IMG/VR virus record: IMGVR_UViG_3300037470_000217
Location: 1-40,750 of that record
Strand: one strand, 5' to 3'
DNA length: 40,750 bases
Source: a virus
Lineage: Duplodnaviria; Caudoviricetes
Shown here piece after piece: positions 35,060 to 40,750 of the stretch (its first letter is position 1; every line of letters begins with the position of its first letter). The translations under genes and the position numbers were made by a program. The notes beneath the pieces were generated by a model. That model was not told the origin of the DNA and did not search any database. It was given only the letters and a program-made list of their open reading frames with translations.

Positions 35060-36667
35060 GTGCCGCAAGGTGAGCCTGAAGTCCTCGCTCTGAGCGGCTG
35101 GGTTAAGGGTCTAAACAAGGCTGCCCATCCGAGCCTGGTTGGTCCTGACGAACTGTCGGTGGCTACGAACGTGATCCTCGGCCCTCGTGGCGAGGTTCGT
35201 CTGCGTCCTGGGATGGACCCGTACAGTGTCTATACGGATGCTGACAGCTACCTGTTTATCAAGTATTGGGGTGCTGGCGATGAACTAAGGGGAGCCGAGA
35301 TCGGAGGCGAACCCTTGACCGAGGCGTTCTTTGCCACCAAAACTGCCGACTCTAAGACATACGTTGTGGCTGCCTTCTTCGACGGAACCGCTCAGCGCAC
35401 AGAGTTCGAGATAGGTGCGTTTCACCTTAAGTACCTGTTGGAGTTGGGAGACGCTGTTTATGTGGGGCCTTCCAATGTCGTATGGGAGGTCACGGTCAAT
35501 GGGGGAACGGATGAGGTAGAGGCTGTACAAATAGATGCTTGGAGTGTTTCGGGTGACGGTGACGTAAACGATAAGTTCATTACTTCAAACACCAGCGCAA
35601 ACAGTGACGTGATACCCATCATCGCATACGAGCGAGTGTTTGGCATTCATAGCACTGGTGTTGCAGTCACTGTTTCCCCCCATCGTCTGTGGTTCTCTGA
35701 ACCCTTGCTTCCTAAAAGCTGGAAGACTACGAACTTCATTGACATTAGTCCCGAGACCGATCGGTCTATCACGTATCTAATTCAGTTCGCTGACCAGCTC
35801 ATCATCTTCAAAGATCACTCGGTCTGGGGTATATCAGGCAGGGACTTTGCTACTGGTTCTGACCTTCAGGTGTATCAGATTGATGGAGCGATTGGCACCA
35901 CCACACCCAGAACGGGTGTGGTGCATGGTGGAGTTCTTTTCTTCCTCGACTTGAGCCAGGGCGTGTTCGCTTTTGATGGTTCGGTGTTCCACAACATCGG
36001 TGAATCCATCTTTGACTATCTTCAGTCGGGGATCATGGAGGCGTTCGCCGCGCCCTTCTGTCATGCTTGGATAGCCGACGAAAAGTATCACCTTGTGGTG
36101 CCTTGGGCTCCCCCAGATCCTCCCACCATCTCTGCCTTTCGCACGTTTGTTTTTGATTTGCGTCTTCAGGCGTGGACTGAATGGGATAGGGGTTGGTCTG
36201 GCGTTGCCACGGGCAATGGGGGCCAGGCGGCAGTAATCGGCGTCCACTTTGAGCCTACCACTCACGGTTTCAATGGTTTCAACGAGATAACCGAGGAAGC
36301 ATTCGACGACGATGGCGAAGCCATCGACTACGAAGTGTCCACAGGCTGGCTGGCCCCGAGCGGAGGGCTACTGCTCCACCGTATCCGCCAGTTCATAGCC
36401 GACCTGGGCACTACAGCTACCACGACCACTCTCGAACTTCACACGGCTTACGACACTTCCGCCGCTACGGCCACTGTCACCCTGGACCCTGCCGCGGGCC
36501 AGGAGGACGGGATTCTCCTACGTACTCACGCCCTGAACATGACACGCTGGCGTACAGCACGCTTCGTCCTGTCAGGGAGTTCTGATGGTGCGCCAGCGCC
36601 TTTCCAGGTGAACGGCCTGCGAGTCGTCTATACGAGCCTGCCTGGCCTGCGTGGTGCGAATGTCTAG
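35060..36667 (+). CDS. Tail nozzle / head-stabilisation protein (P22 gp10-like beta propeller)
   Basis: GLN..., N......G.VR.RPG, RLWFS.P..P.SW, LIIFK..S.W; position after the adaptor. Confidence 0.75.
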   Translation: MPQGEPEVLALSGWVKGLNKAAHPSLVGPDELSVATNVILGPRGEVRLRPGMDPYSVYTDADSYLFIKYWGAGDELRGAEIGGEPLTEAFFATKTADSKTYVVAAFFDGTAQRTEFEIGAFHLKYLLELGDAVYVGPSNVVWEVTVNGGTDEVEAVQIDAWSVSGDGDVNDKFITSNTSANSDVIPIIAYERVFGIHSTGVAVTVSPHRLWFSEPLLPKSWKTTNFIDISPETDRSITYLIQFADQLIIFKDHSVWGISGRDFATGSDLQVYQIDGAIGTTTPRTGVVHGGVLFFLDLSQGVFAFDGSVFHNIGESIFDYLQSGIMEAFAAPFCHAWIADEKYHLVVPWAPPDPPTISAFRTFVFDLRLQAWTEWDRGWSGVATGNGGQAAVIGVHFEPTTHGFNGFNEITEEAFDDDGEAIDYEVSTGWLAPSGGLLLHRIRQFIADLGTTATTTTLELHTAYDTSAATATVTLDPAAGQEDGILLRTHALNMTRWRTARFVLSGSSDGAPAPFQVNGLRVVYTSLPGLRGANV

Positions 36668-37202
36668 TAATCCGAACAGCTTCACGCCTCCTGCTGTCGT
36701 CCGTGGTGCGGGCAATCTTCGAGGACAGGTTGAGCGGTTGATCCGCGAGTTGCAGGGGAAGATGGGTCAACTCCAGGCTTCTGTTGGGGGTGTTATCTCG
36801 AAGTCGTCGACACAGACCTTGACAGCGAACAACACCGAACAAGCTGTCACTTTTGATCGTGTCGACTTTGACTCGGGTGCAGTGGCGGACACGGCGAACA
36901 ATCGCTTTGTAGTGCCAGAGGGTGGGCTGTATGTCGTCTCTCTGGGTGTTCAGTTGATCACAACAGCCGTCGGTACTAATGGCTATTTTGCCGTAGAGAT
37001 AAATGGTTCGAGTACTGGTAGCATGATCATCTTCCGCAGGACCACTTGGACCACCGCTGAGTCTTCGTTCCATTCTGGTGTTCTTGGGCTAGCCGCAGGC
37101 GATCTCGTCACTATGGTTTGTAATCCAATGAGCGCAGCGGCGGGGTTGAGGGGTAACGCCGCCACCCGCCTGTCCTGCTCCCTGTCCATAGCAAAGCTCT
37201 AG
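36660..37202 (+). CDS. Tail needle/fibre with a short coiled coil and C1q/TNF-like head
   Basis: VTFD.V.FD.G.......RFVVP.GGLY.VS, L.L.AGD.V. Confidence 0.65.
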   Translation: MSSNPNSFTPPAVVRGAGNLRGQVERLIRELQGKMGQLQASVGGVISKSSTQTLTANNTEQAVTFDRVDFDSGAVADTANNRFVVPEGGLYVVSLGVQLITTAVGTNGYFAVEINGSSTGSMIIFRRTTWTTAESSFHSGVLGLAAGDLVTMVCNPMSAAAGLRGNAATRLSCSLSIAKL

Positions 37203-37242
37203 TGGGTGATCTGGACAAATGAGTAATGAGTAGGAGAGTTTA

Positions 37243-37962
37243 GTGGCCCTTAATCGAATCTTTCAGGATGAAATCTCTGCTTCCAGCGCCATCAAGACAG
37301 CGGCTGCGAAGAAGCTGACTGACGCTCAGCGTCGTGCTCAACTGATCCGCTCCAATGTTGGTACGCCTGGCGTCCAGCCTGGACAGGCTGGTGCGCCTTC
37401 AGTCAACGCTGCCTCTACGATCGTCAAACAGATTTATGGCGGGGGTGCTGCTCCTGCACCTGTGCGCGTCGGCGCTGGTGGAGGAGGAGGCGGTGGAGGT
37501 GGGGGTAGTTCTGCCACTGCTCCAGTGGTCAAGACAACCCCGCCCCAACTCGACCTCGACGCTATCAGGTCGGCACTGGCAGCTATTAGCGCACGCTTCA
37601 ACCTGCAAGAAGGCCAACTGTCCGCTGAGGACGAGGCCACTCGTCGGGCGTTCACTTTCCTTGACGAACAGTTCGCGGACAGGAAGTCTGAAGCCCTGAC
37701 TGGCATCCAGTCGGATGCTGCTGGCCGTGGCATTCTCCGATCAGGATTGTTCCTGCGTTCTCAAGGGCGTACATCTGAGGGGTTCGCCAAACAGCGCTCT
37801 CAAGCATTGTCCGAACGTGATGCTCGTCTGCGCGGGATCAGCACCACCCTTGCGAACCTGGCTGCTCAAGAGGAGACAGAGAAGGTGGAGCGAGCCAGAG
37901 CGCTCGCCACCGAACAGGTGGGGACCGCCGAGGCGATAGCAAGGGCAATAAAACTCGTGTAA
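37243..37962 (+). CDS. Putative ejection protein 1
   Basis: Gly-rich linker, A.RGILRSG motif, helical C-terminus; TCTGGACA motif at 37210. Confidence 0.55.
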   Translation: MALNRIFQDEISASSAIKTAAAKKLTDAQRRAQLIRSNVGTPGVQPGQAGAPSVNAASTIVKQIYGGGAAPAPVRVGAGGGGGGGGGGSSATAPVVKTTPPQLDLDAIRSALAAISARFNLQEGQLSAEDEATRRAFTFLDEQFADRKSEALTGIQSDAAGRGILRSGLFLRSQGRTSEGFAKQRSQALSERDARLRGISTTLANLAAQEETEKVERARALATEQVGTAEAIARAIKLV

Positions 37963-37965
37963 ACG

Positions 37966-39144
37966 ATGGCTATTACTTTCATCGACCCATTGCCCATCAA
38001 TCGTAGGGTGAGAAACCTGACCAGCTCTCCTACTGCTTTCAAGCCGAAGGCTCCTCGTGGCGGCTACCAGGATATTGAGGCTGTGCGGCATCAGAGCGGC
38101 ATGCGCATCGCGTCCAAGGTGCCAGCTCTTACCAATCCTGGGCAGGACATTAGGGGTGCACTCGCTGACATCGCTGCTGACTATGACGCTCAACGTGATT
38201 TGATTGCTGCCGAGTTTAACTCTCAACTGTCGGGGATGGGCGACGGCGGCGCTGGTGCCGCCATCGCTGAAGCTCTGAAGCTCATCAAGGATGTGCAGGC
38301 TAACCGCGCTGCAATCCAGGGTGTCTATACGGAACGCAACGAGTTCATTGACCCCATGTTCGCTGAGGCTATTCAGGCTGCGAAGGATGTTGTGACGACT
38401 GGCGCTCCGATGCTCGAAGGCATCGCTGCCCAGAACCAGGCGGGGATCACTGAGTCTTTCGATACTGCTGAGGATGATGTTCTGGCTGCTGCCGAGCTGA
38501 TCAATGCGGGGGATGCTGCCGCACAGTCTGTCGTATTCGACACTGTTGATGGTGAGGCGCTGCGGATCGCAGCAGCCATGCAGGAGGCTGTGTCTGCCGA
38601 GAACATCCTGGGCTTGTCGGCCCAAGCTCACGAGGCTGGGGCTATCTCGGAGCGAGACCTCGACAAGGAGCAGATGACTCGCCGCAGTGCCCTCCTGAAC
38701 ATGGAGTTCGACCAGATGGAGGATGCTGCGCAAGCCCAGCTTGCTGCTGCCCGTCGTGCTGCCGCTGCGGCTGCTGCCCGCCGTAGGGCGCTGGCTTCGC
38801 AGCGGAACGCTGCCCTAGCCGAACTGGATTCGGAGCGTGCCCAGGCGATGCGCCTCAACCCGCATGAGGCGGGTTCGGCTTCGGCCATGAACTTCCTTCA
38901 GAAGGAGGCGCGGAGCCTGGACTACAACCGTCAACAGTTGATCGTGTCCACTGTGGGCAATGCTCTCTCCGAGCAGGTGCCCAACAATCGGGTCTTCCAA
39001 TACAACAAGGACAAGGGCCTCGGGCTGAACCCGACTGAAGTGAGGATCGTTCAGAACGCCCTCAAGTCTTACACGATGGGGATGCGTTACCAGCAGGACA
39101 GGGATCGTCAACCCTGGGTTACCGATCTTCAACCCTGGAATTAG
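37966..39144 (+). CDS. Putative ejection protein 2 (Ala-rich, helical)
   Basis: Composition and position before the giant protein. Confidence 0.55.
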   Translation: MAITFIDPLPINRRVRNLTSSPTAFKPKAPRGGYQDIEAVRHQSGMRIASKVPALTNPGQDIRGALADIAADYDAQRDLIAAEFNSQLSGMGDGGAGAAIAEALKLIKDVQANRAAIQGVYTERNEFIDPMFAEAIQAAKDVVTTGAPMLEGIAAQNQAGITESFDTAEDDVLAAAELINAGDAAAQSVVFDTVDGEALRIAAAMQEAVSAENILGLSAQAHEAGAISERDLDKEQMTRRSALLNMEFDQMEDAAQAQLAAARRAAAAAAARRRALASQRNAALAELDSERAQAMRLNPHEAGSASAMNFLQKEARSLDYNRQQLIVSTVGNALSEQVPNNRVFQYNKDKGLGLNPTEVRIVQNALKSYTMGMRYQQDRDRQPWVTDLQPWN

Positions 39145-39147
39145 CTA

Positions 39148-39657
39148 GTGCCCTCGTACATACCGCAGCAAAGGGTGGGCCGCTTAATGCTGGCCGAGCG
39201 CGTGATACGACCTCGTGCTGGCCGCAATCGGCCTTACTGGCGGGTGACCTGTGATTGTGGGCGCAGCGCTGAGGTCAACGAGGACAGCCTTAGGGCGGGG
39301 CACACAAGAAGTTGTGGATGCTTGTATCGAGAAGTCGTTTCGCAGATGGGTCGCAACAACATGCGCCACGGCCACTGGTCGGGTGACGTTGCATCCCCGA
39401 CCTACAGCTCGTGGAGAGCAATGAAGGCACGTTGCCTTAATCCGAAGGCAACTAGCTACCACTACTACGGCGGGCGAGGGATCACGGTCTGCGACCGCTG
39501 GCTCGTCTTCGAGAACTTCCTCGAAGACATGGGCGAAAGGCCCGAGGGCACGTCGATAGATCGCATCGACCCTGATGGCAACTACGAGTCAAATAACTGT
39601 CGCTGGGCCACGCCCATAGAGCAGGCTCGTAATCGGAGGAGGAGGAGGAGGGCTTAA
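39148..39657 (+). CDS. HNH homing endonuclease (copy 4)
   Basis: [40 protein letters not shown]. Confidence 0.9.
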   Translation: MPSYIPQQRVGRLMLAERVIRPRAGRNRPYWRVTCDCGRSAEVNEDSLRAGHTRSCGCLYREVVSQMGRNNMRHGHWSGDVASPTYSSWRAMKARCLNPKATSYHYYGGRGITVCDRWLVFENFLEDMGERPEGTSIDRIDPDGNYESNNCRWATPIEQARNRRRRRRA

Positions 39658-40750
39658 TGGCTCCGTCCTACATACCAACCCCGTTTGACTTCATCAAAGC
39701 CGAGCGTGAGAAGAACTCTGACGGCTTTGCCACGAACCTCATGCTCGACGGGTTCGATGTCAACTTCCGCCGCAAGCCTTGGGATGTCCGCGCTGCCTTG
39801 GGGAAGCCTGAGGAACCCGAGTTCACTCCGCTTACCACGGGCGACGCTGAGTTCAGTGTCCGTGACTATCTGACTGACGCACAGGTTCCTTCCGCTCACG
39901 CTGAGACTGTTCGTAATGATGCGATAGAGAAGGCCAGGGATGCCCTGGAAGTCCACGGCAGCCTGATGGACCCTGCTACTCGCAAGAAGTTCGAGGCGAT
40001 AGCAGCCCAAGGCCAGATCAAGGATGCCACGCCTTGGTGGTCGAACGTCCTCAACGTTCTCGACGCACCTGGCGAGCTGATCCGCATGGGTATCGCTGAT
40101 CTATTCGTGGACTCGAAGGCTGGTATCGAGATCACAGGCGCTGACTATTGGGATGCTCTGATCGGGAACGAAGACAAGATTAGGGAACGCCACGGCAGTG
40201 AGTTCGTTGGTGATGGACAGTTCCTGTTCGAGGGTTCCCGCCAGGCGAAGGCTCTCGGCTGGGGTAACGACGAGTCGAACATCGGGCGGGGCACTGCTGG
40301 GTTCCTGTTCGACATCATCACCGATCCCCTCACCTACCTCTCGTTCGGCACTGTCGGCCTCGGCAAGAAGGTTGCCCTCGCTGGGGCGCAAGAGGGTATT
40401 GCGAAGGCTTCTCGCGAGGCAATCGAAGCCGTCTCTAAGGATTCTGTTGCGAGCCTCACCGATTCGGCTAGCCGTGAGATTGCGACCCGTATCCAAACCC
40501 GTATCCGTGGACAGGTTGACGCTCTTGAGGGAAGCCCGATCGAGCGTCTCCAACATTCTGATCGTATCAGGCACAAGGTTCTGGCCGAGGAGCGTAGGGC
40601 GCTCGACGCTGGCTCGGGTGTGGATGTGGCCCGTCGTGACATTCTCGACAAGGGGATAGCAGACGAGGACTTGGCAGTGCCCTTCGGCACTGTCATCGAG
40701 GAAGTGAACCAGGCTGTCCTTCCCCATATTGCTGACAAGCAGTTCCGCAC
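39657..40750 (+). CDS. N-terminal part of the giant ejection protein ([12 protein letters not shown]..), missed by the ORF track because it runs off the end
   Basis: ATG overlaps the HNH stop (TAATG); no stop to the end of the window; in frame with ORF 14..5833; contains GFLFDIITDPLTYLSFG. Confidence 0.85.
   Translation, partial: MAPSYIPTPFDFIKAEREKNSDGFATNLMLDGFDVNFRRKPWDVRAALGKPEEPEFTPLTTGDAEFSVRDYLTDAQVPSAHAETVRNDAIEKARDALEVHGSLMDPATRKKFEAIAAQGQIKDATPWWSNVLNVLDAPGELIRMGIADLFVDSKAGIEITGADYWDALIGNEDKIRERHGSEFVGDGQFLFEGSRQAKALGWGNDESNIGRGTAGFLFDIITDPLTYLSFGTVGLGKKVALAGAQEGIAKASREAIEAVSKDSVASLTDSASREIATRIQTRIRGQVDALEGSPIERLQHSDRIRHKVLAEERRALDAGSGVDVARRDILDKGIADEDLAVPFGTVIEEVNQAVLPHIADKQFR
40607..40750. 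repeat. Terminal direct repeat, right copy
   Basis: Matches 1-144 with one mismatch. Confidence 0.97.

Overview
This looks like an essentially complete, GC-rich temperate phage genome assembled as a circle of about 40,606 bp. Bases 1-144 are repeated at 40607-40750 with one mismatch. The + strand arm (about 23.2 kb across the junction to 7.1 kb) is a P22-like podovirus morphogenesis and lysis module: TerS, ClpP-like protease, TerL, portal, scaffold, major capsid, adaptor, nozzle, C1q-like tip, three ejection-type proteins (one about 2260 aa spanning the junction), amidase and holin-like genes, plus four paralogous HNH endonucleases. The - strand arm (7.1-22.9 kb) carries an arm-less tyrosine integrase beside a tRNA-Arg(TCT) 3'-fragment attP. 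It also has nucleotide-metabolism genes, a resolvase, a DnaB helicase with an Ala-initiated class 3 intein, a Cas4/RecB-like nuclease, an LPXTG surface protein, a pentapeptide-repeat protein and two sigma-region-4-like regulators. The host is probably an actinobacterium (inference only). The most unusual signals are non-coding: (1) a 155-nt structured RNA sandwiched between two non-canonical tRNA-like elements upstream of dnaB; (2) four families of repeated cis motifs (two promoter-like, one palindromic operator-like, one extended RBS); (3) hairpins whose loops are complementary to that RBS motif. The giant ejection protein also appears to carry an ADP-ribosyltransferase-like domain. All calls come from reading motifs by eye; no searches were run.
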